IMG/VR virus record: IMGVR_UViG_3300044630_006584
DNA from: a virus
Length of the DNA: 64,000 nucleotides
Strand: one strand, 5' to 3'
Positions 29,389 through 39,337 of this stretch are shown piece by piece. The position numbers were made by a program, and so were the translations under genes. Numbering within the stretch: the stretch's first letter is position 1; every line of letters starts with the position of its first letter. The notes below the pieces were generated by a model, which saw only the letters and a list, made by a program, of their open reading frames with translations, was not told the origin of the DNA and ran no database searches.

Positions 29389-31905
29389 ATGCAAGTAATT
29401 AAGAGAGACGGTTCTAAAGAACCAGTGAGATTTGAGAAAGTTTCTAATAGAATTAGGAAGATGACCTATGGTCTAAATCAAGACCTAGTTGATCCTGTGG
29501 GTATTTCACAGAAGGTAATTGCGGGGATTTATGATGGTATATCCACTCAAGAGTTGGATACGCTAGCCGCTGAGACAGCTGCCTCTATGATACCGAAACA
29601 CCCTGACCATTCCATTCTAGCTTCTAGAATTGCAGTTTCCAGACTGCATAAAACAACAAAGAAGAAATTCTCAGATACCATAGATACTCTTTATAATTAC
29701 ATAGATCCTGTTACTAACAAGCCAGCTGGAATGATTAGTGAAAAGACCTATCAGGTTGTAATGCAGAATAAAAACAAGCTGGATAGCGCAATACTACACG
29801 AGAGAGATTTCGATTTTGAGTATTTTGGATTTAAGACTCTTGAGAGAAGCTACCTATTAAAAACAAATGGCGAGGTAGCAGAAACACCGCAGCACATGTA
29901 TATGCGTGTTGCCGCTGGTATATGGGGAGATGATATGAAGAACGTTATTAAAACTTACGAACTTCTTTCGAATCATATGATGACCCACGCAACGCCCACC
30001 CTATTCAACTCTGGAACTAGAAAGCCTCAACTTTCATCCTGTTTCCTTCTAATGATGGACGATGATTCAATTCCTGGTATCTATAAGACATTATCAGATG
30101 TTGCTGTTATCTCACAGAACGCAGGAGGTATTGGATTGGCTATTCATAACGTCAGAAGCACAGGTTCTTATATTAAAGGCACAAATGGTAATTCCAATGG
30201 TATTATACCAATGCTAAGAGTTTTCAACGAGACTGCAAGATATGTTGATCAAGGAGGCGGAAGACGTAAAGGATCCTTCGCAATCTATATCGAGCCTTGG
30301 CATGCTGACATCGAGGATTTCTTAGATCTTAGAAAGAATACAGGTAAGGAAGAAAGAAGAGCTCGTGATCTTTTCTTGGCTCTTTGGACACCGGATATCT
30401 TCATGAAGAGAGTGAAAGAAAATGGCGAATGGTCACTATTCTCGCCATCTGACGTGGAAGGTATTTGGGAACTATATGGAGATGCATTTGATCAAGCTTA
30501 TATTGCTGCTGAAGAAGCTGGAAAGGCTAGAAAAACAGTCAAAGCAAGAGATCTCTGGGCGAAAATAATCGAGTCACAAATAGAGACAGGAACACCCTAT
30601 ATTCTATACAAGGACCATGCTAATAAGAAATCCAATCAGAAGAATATCGGCACAATTAAAAGCTCTAACCTATGTACCGAGATCATGGAGGTTACTTCTA
30701 AAGAGGAACAAGCCGTTTGTAACCTTGCATCCATTCCGGTTAACAAGTTCTTAAAGTCTACCGACGCTAGAACAACTAAGTTAATAAGAGGCAAGTGCGA
30801 CGTTGATCACGATGAGCTCTATAAGGTGTCTTATCAGACAACACTTAATCTAAATCAGGTTATTGATGTCAACTATTATCCAACAGAGGAGACTAAGAGA
30901 TCCAATATGAAGCACAGACCAATCGGAATAGGCATTCAGGGATTGGCCGATCTATATGCCATCATGGGTATCGGATTCACATCGGAAGAAGCCAGAAAGA
31001 TAAACTCTGATATTTTTGAGACAATATATTTTGCATCATGCACAGCTTCTAAAGATCTAGCAAAAGCCAATGGTGCATATGAATCATTCGAGGGCTCCCC
31101 GATTAGCAAAGGAGAATTCCAGTTTAATATGTGGGGATTCAATGACGACGATCTTTCAGGAAGATGGGACTGGGGAAAATTGAGAAAGGATGTTATGAAA
31201 CATGGTGTTAGAAACTCACTGCTATTAGCACCAATGCCTACAGCTTCTACAGCTCAGATCATGGGTAACAATGAGGCATTTGAGCCTTTCACATCTAATA
31301 TCTACACCAGAAGAACACTATCAGGAGAATTTGTAGTTGTTAATAAGCATCTCGTGAAAGATCTCATCAATCTTGACCTTTGGGGAGAGGATATGAAGAA
31401 TATGATCATAATCAATAAGGGATCTATACAGAACATTCCTAGCATACCGGATGATATCAAGGAGGTCTATAAAACGGTGTGGGAGATTAAGCAAAAAGAT
31501 CTATTGGATATGTCAGCAGACAGAGGAAGATTTATTTGCCAATCTCAGTCTATGAACTTGTTCATCGAGGGTGTGAATGCTGCTAAATTGACAGCTGCTC
31601 ACTTCCATAGTTGGGAGATAGGCTTAAAGACTGGTATGTACTATTTAAGAACTAAATCAGCAGCTGATGCTCTTTCAGGGCTAGGAGTTGATCTATCTAA
31701 ATATAAGACACAAAAGACAGAAGAGGCTAAACCAGTTCAAGCTGAGCCGGCTAAACAAATTGAGGTTACTAAAGTGGCAACTTCTCTGCCTCCGGAGATC
31801 ACAGCCAATTCACAGGAGTTAGCTGACCTGGCTGCTAAATTAACTTCTGACATAGTCTGTAGTCTTGATAGCGGGCCAGACGAGTGTATTGCTTGCGGAT
31901 CTTAA
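29389..31905 (+). CDS. nrdA: Class Ia ribonucleotide reductase large subunit with ATP cone
   Basis: MQVIKRDG ATP cone, ATPTLFN, QLSSCF, SNLCTEI, CNLAS, APMPTASTAQI, terminal CIACGS; no intein seen. Confidence 0.95.
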   Translation: MQVIKRDGSKEPVRFEKVSNRIRKMTYGLNQDLVDPVGISQKVIAGIYDGISTQELDTLAAETAASMIPKHPDHSILASRIAVSRLHKTTKKKFSDTIDTLYNYIDPVTNKPAGMISEKTYQVVMQNKNKLDSAILHERDFDFEYFGFKTLERSYLLKTNGEVAETPQHMYMRVAAGIWGDDMKNVIKTYELLSNHMMTHATPTLFNSGTRKPQLSSCFLLMMDDDSIPGIYKTLSDVAVISQNAGGIGLAIHNVRSTGSYIKGTNGNSNGIIPMLRVFNETARYVDQGGGRRKGSFAIYIEPWHADIEDFLDLRKNTGKEERRARDLFLALWTPDIFMKRVKENGEWSLFSPSDVEGIWELYGDAFDQAYIAAEEAGKARKTVKARDLWAKIIESQIETGTPYILYKDHANKKSNQKNIGTIKSSNLCTEIMEVTSKEEQAVCNLASIPVNKFLKSTDARTTKLIRGKCDVDHDELYKVSYQTTLNLNQVIDVNYYPTEETKRSNMKHRPIGIGIQGLADLYAIMGIGFTSEEARKINSDIFETIYFASCTASKDLAKANGAYESFEGSPISKGEFQFNMWGFNDDDLSGRWDWGKLRKDVMKHGVRNSLLLAPMPTASTAQIMGNNEAFEPFTSNIYTRRTLSGEFVVVNKHLVKDLINLDLWGEDMKNMIIINKGSIQNIPSIPDDIKEVYKTVWEIKQKDLLDMSADRGRFICQSQSMNLFIEGVNAAKLTAAHFHSWEIGLKTGMYYLRTKSAADALSGLGVDLSKYKTQKTEEAKPVQAEPAKQIEVTKVATSLPPEITANSQELADLAAKLTSDIVCSLDSGPDECIACGS

Positions 31906-31926
31906 TTAAGAATAGATAAATAGGAT

Positions 31927-32568
31927 ATGAATTCTAGCATTAAAAGATTTTCCGATTTTGTAAACGAAAGGGAGCTTCCTGATAAGCAGGGAAAAATAAT
32001 AGTTCTACTTGGCCCTCCTGGATCAGGGAAAGGTACTCTAGCAAAGGGACTAATAAAGGACTATGATTTCCAGCACATCTCAACAGGTGATCTAATTAGA
32101 AACTCAGACGATAAGGAGCTGAAGAAAATCATAGCAAATGGAAAGATGATTCCAGATGATAAGATGCTTGAGATACTAAAGGAAAAAGTTAAGGAACTTG
32201 ATTTAGAAAAAAATATAGCATTTGACGGATTCCCTAGGAATATAGAGCAATCTAAGATGCTAGATAAAATGCTAGGTAAGCTAGGTCTTGGTTTAAATTA
32301 TGCTATTTTCTTAGACCTTCCAAGAGAAGAAGCAATCGATAGATTAAAGAAAAGAGCTAAAGAAGAGGGAAGGAAGGACGATGCTAGTTTTGAAACTATT
32401 AACAAGAGATTTGACGAGTATCTTGAAAAGACTTTACCTCTGATAGAGCTTTACACTAAAAACAGGAAAGTCAAGAGAATAGACTCGTCTGAAGGGAAGG
32501 ATGCGGTTTTGTCTAATGTTGTTGATGCTTTGGGCTTGAAAAAGTCCAAGGAGCAAAATAAAGGATAA
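31927..32568 (+). CDS. adk: Adenylate kinase with capsid-targeting-like N-terminus
   Basis: LGPPGSGKGT, HISTGDLIR, FDGFPRN, GRKDD; starts MNSSIKRFSDFVNE. Confidence 0.9.
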   Translation: MNSSIKRFSDFVNERELPDKQGKIIVLLGPPGSGKGTLAKGLIKDYDFQHISTGDLIRNSDDKELKKIIANGKMIPDDKMLEILKEKVKELDLEKNIAFDGFPRNIEQSKMLDKMLGKLGLGLNYAIFLDLPREEAIDRLKKRAKEEGRKDDASFETINKRFDEYLEKTLPLIELYTKNRKVKRIDSSEGKDAVLSNVVDALGLKKSKEQNKG

Positions 32569-33203
32569 TGCGTTCTGAAGCAGTCGACCAATTCGTAAAT
32601 TCCTTAAAAAAGAGGATTAAAGAGGAGAAGCTTAAACAGAGTGTCGAAAGGACATTCTTAGAGGAAGCCGTGAATCTTCTGGTCTCAGTTTTCTCTTCTG
32701 GAACTGGATCTTTTGTAAAGGGTGTTAAGAATTATAAATCTAAGGACTTTAGCTCTTATATTGATGTTGAATCCACAGACGAAGGAAAACTTAAAACCAT
32801 AATAAAGGAGTCAATTCGGGGCATAGATTCTAAAATGAAATGGCTGGATCTAGGCGATCTAGTTATAATAAGCTGCAATCTCAAAAGTCTAGAACTCATA
32901 TCGGGTTCTCTAGAAAATCCTGTACTGGTAGAAGTTTATCCTTCTCCTTCTGGAAAAAATACCAGAATTCGTGTTATGTTAGGTAACAGGGACAAACACT
33001 GCGGTAAGGTTCTAAGAAAGAACATGAAGTGGGTAACCTGGATCTGGAACGGTAAATTACACAAGATAGTACTAGATAGAGTTGATCCATTTGCTACAGA
33101 GATAATCTTTTCGGGTGAAATAGATGGGCAAACATACGGGATAGCTACAGAATTAGATTATTCAGGTCTTAATTATGAAATCTTATCAGTAAATAAACTA
33201 TAA
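32568..33203 (+). CDS. Hypothetical protein
   Basis: 211 aa ORF overlapping the adk stop. Confidence 0.55.
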   Translation: MRSEAVDQFVNSLKKRIKEEKLKQSVERTFLEEAVNLLVSVFSSGTGSFVKGVKNYKSKDFSSYIDVESTDEGKLKTIIKESIRGIDSKMKWLDLGDLVIISCNLKSLELISGSLENPVLVEVYPSPSGKNTRIRVMLGNRDKHCGKVLRKNMKWVTWIWNGKLHKIVLDRVDPFATEIIFSGEIDGQTYGIATELDYSGLNYEILSVNKL

Positions 33204-33223
33204 CGATAACAAAATTTTTCAAA

Positions 33224-34507
33224 ATGCCAACAAGTAGAAATAAAAAGAAAGGTGGTAATAAATCAAATACACCTAAACAAAATTTTAAACAGGTGCAACA
33301 AAATTCAACAATGAAAGCTGCCCCTATATCAGGGTTACAGGAGATTAAAAAACAAACGTCTACCCTGTGTTTGGTTATGATCGTAAAAGACGAGGCCGAT
33401 AACATCAGGGAGTGTTTATCAAAAGTAGCACCTTATATCAATTACTGGGTGATTGTAGACACTGGATCCACTGATAATACCATCGAGGTAATCAGAGAAA
33501 CAATGGCAGAGTTTGAGATAGAAGGAGAACTTCACGAGAGACCTTGGGTTAACTTTGAGGTTAACAGAACTGAAAGTCTTGAGTTGGCTAAGGATAAGTG
33601 TGACTATAGATGGATTATCGATGCGGATGATACGTTTATGGTTGAACAATTCGGATTTAATCCATTTGCACACATCGATAATTCGATGGACACTTATCAG
33701 ATCACATACAGACTTAATGCTCTTCAATACCATAGAGCTCAGATAGTTAGATCTAATCAGCCTTGGGTTTATAAGGGTGTACTTCACGAGTATCTTCATT
33801 GCGATTTACCAAATCTAAAAAGCGCTATTCTTCCAGGATGCTACGTTAAAGCAGACATTAGCCCCTTGAAAAGAGCTAGCTCTCTAGAGGAAAAGTATGC
33901 TAAGGATGCTGAGATTCTAGAAAAAGCGTTAGTGGACGAGCCAAACAATACCAGATACATGTTCTATCTGGCTCAAAGTTACAGGGATTCAGATCAGCTG
34001 GAAAAGTCCCTAGAAGCTTATAAGAAAAGAGCAGAAGCCGGGGAATGGGAGGAGGAAGTTTACTATTCTCTCTATATGATAGCTAAATTAATGGAGAAGA
34101 TGGCATTCCCCGCAACGGAGGTTGTCAATGCTTATTCTAAAGCATGGGAGTATAGACCGCAAAGATTGGAAGCTGTATTTCACGTTATGAGAAAGCTCAG
34201 AGAAGAGAACAGGTACGTTTTATCTTTCACTTATGGAGACCTAGCTATTAAAACACCAGGGACTAGCGACATTCTGTTCGTAGAGCCTGAAATCTGGCAA
34301 TGGAGAATGGTTGATGAGTATTCTATAGCAGCTTTCTATATAGGTCACCCGGAAATAGCTTTTGAGAAGACCTCTCAGATAGTTGGATCCCCGATCTTTT
34401 CAACACTACACCCGCAAGAACAGGATAGATTAAAGAGAAATCTTGAGTTCTATAAGAAGGGAAATGAAAATGTTAAATCTGGCAAGGCCAAATTAACAAG
34501 AGTATAA
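33224..34507 (+). CDS. GT2 family glycosyltransferase with TPR repeats
   Basis: LCLVMIVKDE, VDTGSTD, WVNF...R, IIDADD, GVLHE, followed by TPR-like RYMFYLAQSY helices. Confidence 0.85.
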   Translation: MPTSRNKKKGGNKSNTPKQNFKQVQQNSTMKAAPISGLQEIKKQTSTLCLVMIVKDEADNIRECLSKVAPYINYWVIVDTGSTDNTIEVIRETMAEFEIEGELHERPWVNFEVNRTESLELAKDKCDYRWIIDADDTFMVEQFGFNPFAHIDNSMDTYQITYRLNALQYHRAQIVRSNQPWVYKGVLHEYLHCDLPNLKSAILPGCYVKADISPLKRASSLEEKYAKDAEILEKALVDEPNNTRYMFYLAQSYRDSDQLEKSLEAYKKRAEAGEWEEEVYYSLYMIAKLMEKMAFPATEVVNAYSKAWEYRPQRLEAVFHVMRKLREENRYVLSFTYGDLAIKTPGTSDILFVEPEIWQWRMVDEYSIAAFYIGHPEIAFEKTSQIVGSPIFSTLHPQEQDRLKRNLEFYKKGNENVKSGKAKLTRV

Positions 34508-34556
34508 TTTCTAAAATTTGTTTGATATATAGACTATTAAAAAATAAAAAATAGAA

Positions 34557-35078
34557 ATGAAACACATTAAAATTTACGAGAACTTTGTTTCGAATGTTAA
34601 CGAGAGCTCAATCCCGGTTTACGACGATACTGCATTTAATAAAACAGGTGGTGAACCAGAAATGAACGTTAGCCCACTTAAGGCAATTGCTGTTATTCAA
34701 GATTTATTGGATCAGAAAGCAATGGGAGAAGTTGACGAGGTAACCGTAGTAGCTGAAATACCAACACAAGGAAAAACTAAGCCTGTGTACGTGGATGAGG
34801 TTATCGCAAAAGCAAAAGAGGAAGCTGCTCTTAAGTACAGACGCGAAACTGGAATAGATATAGAAAAAGCTGCACCTTCAGATATCGAAAGAGCTGGTGT
34901 TATGCAAGATGTTTTCTTTGATTCTGAATTTATTGTGGATAGAATCGATAAAAGCGCTGATGGAACATTCATCGTTTGCTATCCTCAAAGCTTGTCTGCT
35001 AAGGCTAAGACTAATCCTGCTCACTATTCAGTATATTTAAAGCCAGAGCAAATTGAAGAGGTTCACTACTCTTACTAA
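34557..35078 (+). CDS. Hypothetical protein with capsid-targeting-like N-terminus
   Basis: MKHIKIYENFVSNVNE; GATATATA at 34524-34531. Confidence 0.6.
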   Translation: MKHIKIYENFVSNVNESSIPVYDDTAFNKTGGEPEMNVSPLKAIAVIQDLLDQKAMGEVDEVTVVAEIPTQGKTKPVYVDEVIAKAKEEAALKYRRETGIDIEKAAPSDIERAGVMQDVFFDSEFIVDRIDKSADGTFIVCYPQSLSAKAKTNPAHYSVYLKPEQIEEVHYSY

Positions 35079-35102
35079 TTTTAATTTTTAAACTAAACCC
35101 AT

Positions 35103-35137
35103 AGATGCCCGGATATTTTATTCGGGCATCTTTTTTT
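35103..35137 (+). terminator. Rho-independent terminator
   Basis: AGATGCCCG...CGGGCATCT plus T-run. Confidence 0.8.
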
Positions 35138-35177
35138 CTACGGTGATTGTTATTAATCTTGAATAATTATAGAAGGA

Positions 35178-35945
35178 ATGTATATAAGCTCAATAGAAAA
35201 CAGAGAGATCCTTGAATCCCTAAAAGATTTTTGTAAAGTAAGAAATCTAGGCACTGCACTTGAGAATAGTGCTGAACCTAGTCCCCGTGCTAGATTCATA
35301 ATGGACTTGTGTGAAAGGGTAGGAATAACCTACGAGATTGACTATTTTGTGAGCGGAGGTTGTCACTATCATAATATAGTATTAAGGGGGAATTCCGCAA
35401 GAATGGTTATTGCCCATCATGACATAGTTAACATTGAATCTGAAAATGCAAACGATAACTCAGCTTCTGTTATAAATGCTATACTTCTTAAAAAGTTAGT
35501 TCCTGAAGTACATGTCGTAATAACAGACGGTGAGGAGGTGGGATTTGCTGGATCTAGTAGGCTAGCTGGTCAAATAAAGAATGGTTCTTTTGGCTCTATA
35601 GAATGGGTGCTTAACTTGGAGTTAAGCGGTAGGGGTGGTAGAAATTTCATGATCGGTGACTACGCAGGTGAGCTCACGGATAGAATAAAGGAGATGTTTG
35701 GCCCCCCAGTTAAAAGAACTCCAGGAAGTGATTGCTTGCCTTTATACATGAACGGGATAGACACAAATGTTATCAATCCCCTGCCTCTCTTATTGGAGGG
35801 GGAATCTGATATGCTCAATGAAAATGGGTATCTTGATAACTCATCTTGGTATCTTTGTCACAGTATGATGGATACTTTTGACAAAATCTCCATACAAGAT
35901 ATGGAGGAATTCGTAACAGAGGTTCTAGTTCCTTTAGTTAGATAA
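35178..35945 (+). CDS. M28 family metallopeptidase
   Basis: IAHHD, ANDNSAS, DGEE, NLE, CHSMMD zinc-ligand motifs. Confidence 0.8.
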   Translation: MYISSIENREILESLKDFCKVRNLGTALENSAEPSPRARFIMDLCERVGITYEIDYFVSGGCHYHNIVLRGNSARMVIAHHDIVNIESENANDNSASVINAILLKKLVPEVHVVITDGEEVGFAGSSRLAGQIKNGSFGSIEWVLNLELSGRGGRNFMIGDYAGELTDRIKEMFGPPVKRTPGSDCLPLYMNGIDTNVINPLPLLLEGESDMLNENGYLDNSSWYLCHSMMDTFDKISIQDMEEFVTEVLVPLVR

Positions 35946-35951
35946 AATAAT

Positions 35952-37739
35952 ATGGCTACAAAACCGAGTAAAGAAATACAAGTCCTCAGCGACTTTGAAC
36001 ACATTTTGGCTAGACCTACCATATATGTTGGTAGCGTAAAAACTTCAGAAGAACAGGTACCTATAGTGGAAGAGAGCAAGTGCATCAAGTCACAGCCCAG
36101 ACCGATCTCCGTTGGTATGTATAAACTTTTCGATGAGGTTTTTTCTAATTGCGTCGATGAGGCCAAGAGGATGAAATCGCCGATGAAGAAAATCACGGTA
36201 GATATCGATTCCCGCTCTAATTCGATCTCCATTACTGATTCCGGTGACGGATTTCTCAATGGATCCAAAAAGAATAAAAAGAGCGGATTATCCAACGTTG
36301 AGACCGCAGTATCCATGCTAAGAGCTGGTTCCAATTTCGATAACGATGATATAGAGGAATCCCTAATTGGTACCAACGGGATGGGAGTTAGTCTTGTTAA
36401 CGCTTTGTCGTCATTCTTCGAGATAGAGACAACAAACAGTCAAGAAACATATTCCCAAAGATGGGAGAATTTCTTAGCATCTAAACCCGATGTAAAGGCG
36501 AAGTCTTCTGGTAGTGAAACAGGAACAAGGGTTAGCTTTTCTCCTCTACCTAAGATATTCGATAATAATAAATGGGACCGAGATATCCTATGGTCCACAC
36601 TGGTTCTGAAAAAGAGGGTATTGGAAACCGAAAAAAAGACCGAGAATATTAACATAGAGTTTATATGGGACGGTAAAAAGACCTCGATCAGCTCAACTCT
36701 ATCACCGGGATTTTCATACAAGTGTCAAATAGGTGAACTTCTAATATGGCCAAAGAGTGAATCCACTTCTTCCTTTGCTTTTGTGAACTCTGCAATATGC
36801 ACAGGTATTCACCAGAAGATAGTTATGGATAGGATCAATGGTGAGCTGGAGGATAGCCTAGGTCATCATTTCTATGACCATCTACTGATTCTTAATTTAT
36901 CCCCGGGGTTAGTAAGATTTGGCGACCAGAATAAAACTAAATTTGTAAGTAAAAGGGAAGAGGTAGAACCAACCATCGTTAGAAGTTTCGAAGCCGGTTT
37001 ACAAAAATTCTACAGAACAGAAACATTTAAATCGATAAAGAAATCTGTTGACGAGAGGAGAAAAGATGCGGAGATAAAGAAGATTAGAAAGGAAAAAAAG
37101 AATGTAAAGATAAAATTTTCGCATAAGTATTTTCCTCCAACAGCTTCTAAGGCAGAGAATCTATTTATAGTAGAGGGGCTAAGCGCTATGGGATCTCTTC
37201 TTCAGAAAAGAGATCCTAAGAAGGACGGTGTCTATGCATTAAAGGGAAAGATTAAAAATGCAAGATCTCTCGGTGACCTATCATCAAATAGAGAGATATT
37301 GGAGCTAATGCAAATATTAAATCTGGATCCGGAGGAAAAGAGCTTTGATGGACCTTTTAAAAACATAGTTATATCAACAGACCAGGATCCCGATGGATCC
37401 CATATTACCAGCTTGCTGGTTAATCTTTTCTATACCTGGTTTCCGTGGATAGTGGGACAGGGAAGGTTACATATATTGGAAACACCTCTAGTTAGCTCGG
37501 GTGATAGGGTTAAAAAATATTACTTCTCGCTAGATGAATTCAAGAGAGCATCTTCTTCTGATCTTAAGAATGTAAGGTACCTTAAAGGACTAGGATCTCT
37601 ATCTTTGGATGATTGGGATTTTGTTATGAGAAACAGAAGAATCCTGCAGATATCACCAGATCCAGAATCCAAGTCAAGCCTGGAAATGGCTTTTGGTAAA
37701 TCCTCTCAGGCAAGAAAAAATTGGTTATCTGGATTTTAA
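35952..37739 (+). CDS. Type IIA topoisomerase large subunit (GHKL ATPase + TOPRIM; gp39+gp60 / GyrB-like)
   Basis: EHILARPTIYVGS, LFDEVFSNCVDE, GSNFD, GTNGMGVSLVN, VEGLSA, LKGKIKN, TDQDPDGSHI, YLKGLGS. Confidence 0.92.
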   Translation: MATKPSKEIQVLSDFEHILARPTIYVGSVKTSEEQVPIVEESKCIKSQPRPISVGMYKLFDEVFSNCVDEAKRMKSPMKKITVDIDSRSNSISITDSGDGFLNGSKKNKKSGLSNVETAVSMLRAGSNFDNDDIEESLIGTNGMGVSLVNALSSFFEIETTNSQETYSQRWENFLASKPDVKAKSSGSETGTRVSFSPLPKIFDNNKWDRDILWSTLVLKKRVLETEKKTENINIEFIWDGKKTSISSTLSPGFSYKCQIGELLIWPKSESTSSFAFVNSAICTGIHQKIVMDRINGELEDSLGHHFYDHLLILNLSPGLVRFGDQNKTKFVSKREEVEPTIVRSFEAGLQKFYRTETFKSIKKSVDERRKDAEIKKIRKEKKNVKIKFSHKYFPPTASKAENLFIVEGLSAMGSLLQKRDPKKDGVYALKGKIKNARSLGDLSSNREILELMQILNLDPEEKSFDGPFKNIVISTDQDPDGSHITSLLVNLFYTWFPWIVGQGRLHILETPLVSSGDRVKKYYFSLDEFKRASSSDLKNVRYLKGLGSLSLDDWDFVMRNRRILQISPDPESKSSLEMAFGKSSQARKNWLSGF

Positions 37740-37788
37740 TTATTTAGACGATCTGGTTCTCTGCGGGGATTTCCAATAGATTTGTAAT

Positions 37789-38703
37789 ATGGAAAGAAGA
37801 TATGGATATTGCTGTATTAACCTCTCTCTTGAAAAGGAGAAGGTTTCTACGAATCGGGGTATGGTCAAAAGAACCTTCCTGGAAAGAGGATTACCCTACG
37901 CCTCACAACTGGCTTTATTGAACGTAAAGGATCTCTATAAGGTCTTAACGTGGAATGCCGAAACTGGGATACGTATGTACCGGATGAGTTCCGATATATT
38001 CCCATGGTGCTCTGAGTATGAATTATCAGACCTGCCCGACTTCGAGGAGATCGCGATAGCTCTAAAATTATGCGGCGATCTATCTAAGACCACAGATCAG
38101 AGACTAACATTTCACCCGTCTCCATATTGCGTGATAGCTTCCGAAAGACCGGATGTGGTTCAGAAATCATTTAAGGAGCTAAGACAGCATGCCGAGATAA
38201 TGGATCTAATGGGATTGGATCAGTCTTATGACTATCCAATAAACATCCACATCAACACATCAAAGCCAACCAAAGAGGAAGCTGCTGAAAGGTTCTGTAA
38301 AGCCTATCTAGAGCTACCCGATAATGTGAAAAGAAGATTGGTTGTGGAGGTTGACGACAAAAAGTCACAATTCACTTCGGTTGATCTCGCACAACTTGTC
38401 CACTCTAAGGTGGGGATCCCGGTTACATTTGACTATCTGCATAACATTTGCAATCCTCCAGAGGGAATATCTGAGGCTGAGTCTTTGTCCATTTGTGTTT
38501 CGACATGGGGAGATTTTACACCAATCACTCACTATTCGGATTCTAGAAAACTAAACGAAGATGCTAGCTCTAAGGAGCTTGCTCATTCTGACTGGATCTG
38601 GGGGAATCCCGAAACATACGGGATGAATTTTGATATAGAATTCGAAGTGAAGCAGAAGGATCTTGCTTTGCTGAGATATCTAGATAGTAAAAATAATAAA
38701 TAG
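37789..38703 (+). CDS. uvsE: UV-damage endonuclease UvsE/UVDE
   Basis: GYCCIN, YRMSSDIFPW, RLTFHP, NIHIN, FDYLHN, THYS, HSD. Confidence 0.9.
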   Translation: MERRYGYCCINLSLEKEKVSTNRGMVKRTFLERGLPYASQLALLNVKDLYKVLTWNAETGIRMYRMSSDIFPWCSEYELSDLPDFEEIAIALKLCGDLSKTTDQRLTFHPSPYCVIASERPDVVQKSFKELRQHAEIMDLMGLDQSYDYPINIHINTSKPTKEEAAERFCKAYLELPDNVKRRLVVEVDDKKSQFTSVDLAQLVHSKVGIPVTFDYLHNICNPPEGISEAESLSICVSTWGDFTPITHYSDSRKLNEDASSKELAHSDWIWGNPETYGMNFDIEFEVKQKDLALLRYLDSKNNK

Positions 38704-38706
38704 TAA

Positions 38707-38997
38707 ATGAAAGAAGAAGACATAAAAGAATGGATGATGTGGAAAGCGATGGAGGAATTTAATTCCAATGTTTCCGAAAATGGAGGTGTCGTGAACGGTA
38801 TTAAGTACACTCAGGATCTGGATCTAGAGTTACAAATCAGAATAGATTATCTAAAAGACGAGTTTGGTCAGGAAGAAACTGAGGTAGAGATTTCAAAATA
38901 TAAGAACCCAGACGGTAGCTTCATAGAGGGGTTTCACTCCAATGAAGAAGTTTGGGACTCTATCTTAACGAATCTTAAGAAATCCAAAAATATATAA
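38707..38997 (+). CDS. Hypothetical acidic protein
   Basis: 96 aa ORF in an operon-like run. Confidence 0.5.
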   Translation: MKEEDIKEWMMWKAMEEFNSNVSENGGVVNGIKYTQDLDLELQIRIDYLKDEFGQEETEVEISKYKNPDGSFIEGFHSNEEVWDSILTNLKKSKNI

Positions 38998-39001
38998 TCT
39001 C

Positions 39002-39331
39002 ATGTCTAAAAGCTTCTACCCCTCTAAGGGATTCGGTTCGGAAGGACCTCATCCTCAATTTAACATACTCAGAAAGCATATCGATAGAGCGGTTCAGGAT
39101 CTTTTTTTGAGTGCTCTTAGAAATCCAACAGAAGAGTTGAACTATGTGTTCAGGTCGGATGACCAGATTGATTCCTTTACTCAAAGAATGATTAAATACT
39201 GGGAATCACATGAGGATTATGAGATCTGTGCAGAAATACAAAAGCTGGGTAGAAATTTCAAAAAGGAGTGGAAAGAAAGATCTACACCGGATTCTTTCGA
39301 GCCTAAGAAAATTATAGACATATTCAAGTAA
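39002..39331 (+). CDS. Small protein with UVR-like motif
   Basis: HEDYEICAEIQKL. Confidence 0.5.
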   Translation: MSKSFYPSKGFGSEGPHPQFNILRKHIDRAVQDLFLSALRNPTEELNYVFRSDDQIDSFTQRMIKYWESHEDYEICAEIQKLGRNFKKEWKERSTPDSFEPKKIIDIFK

Positions 39332-39337
39332 AAAATT

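Noticed and set aside
29389-31905. Intein or intron in nrdA, a common hotspot
   Set aside because: Motifs are contiguous and the length (838 aa) is normal for class Ia with an ATP cone and linker
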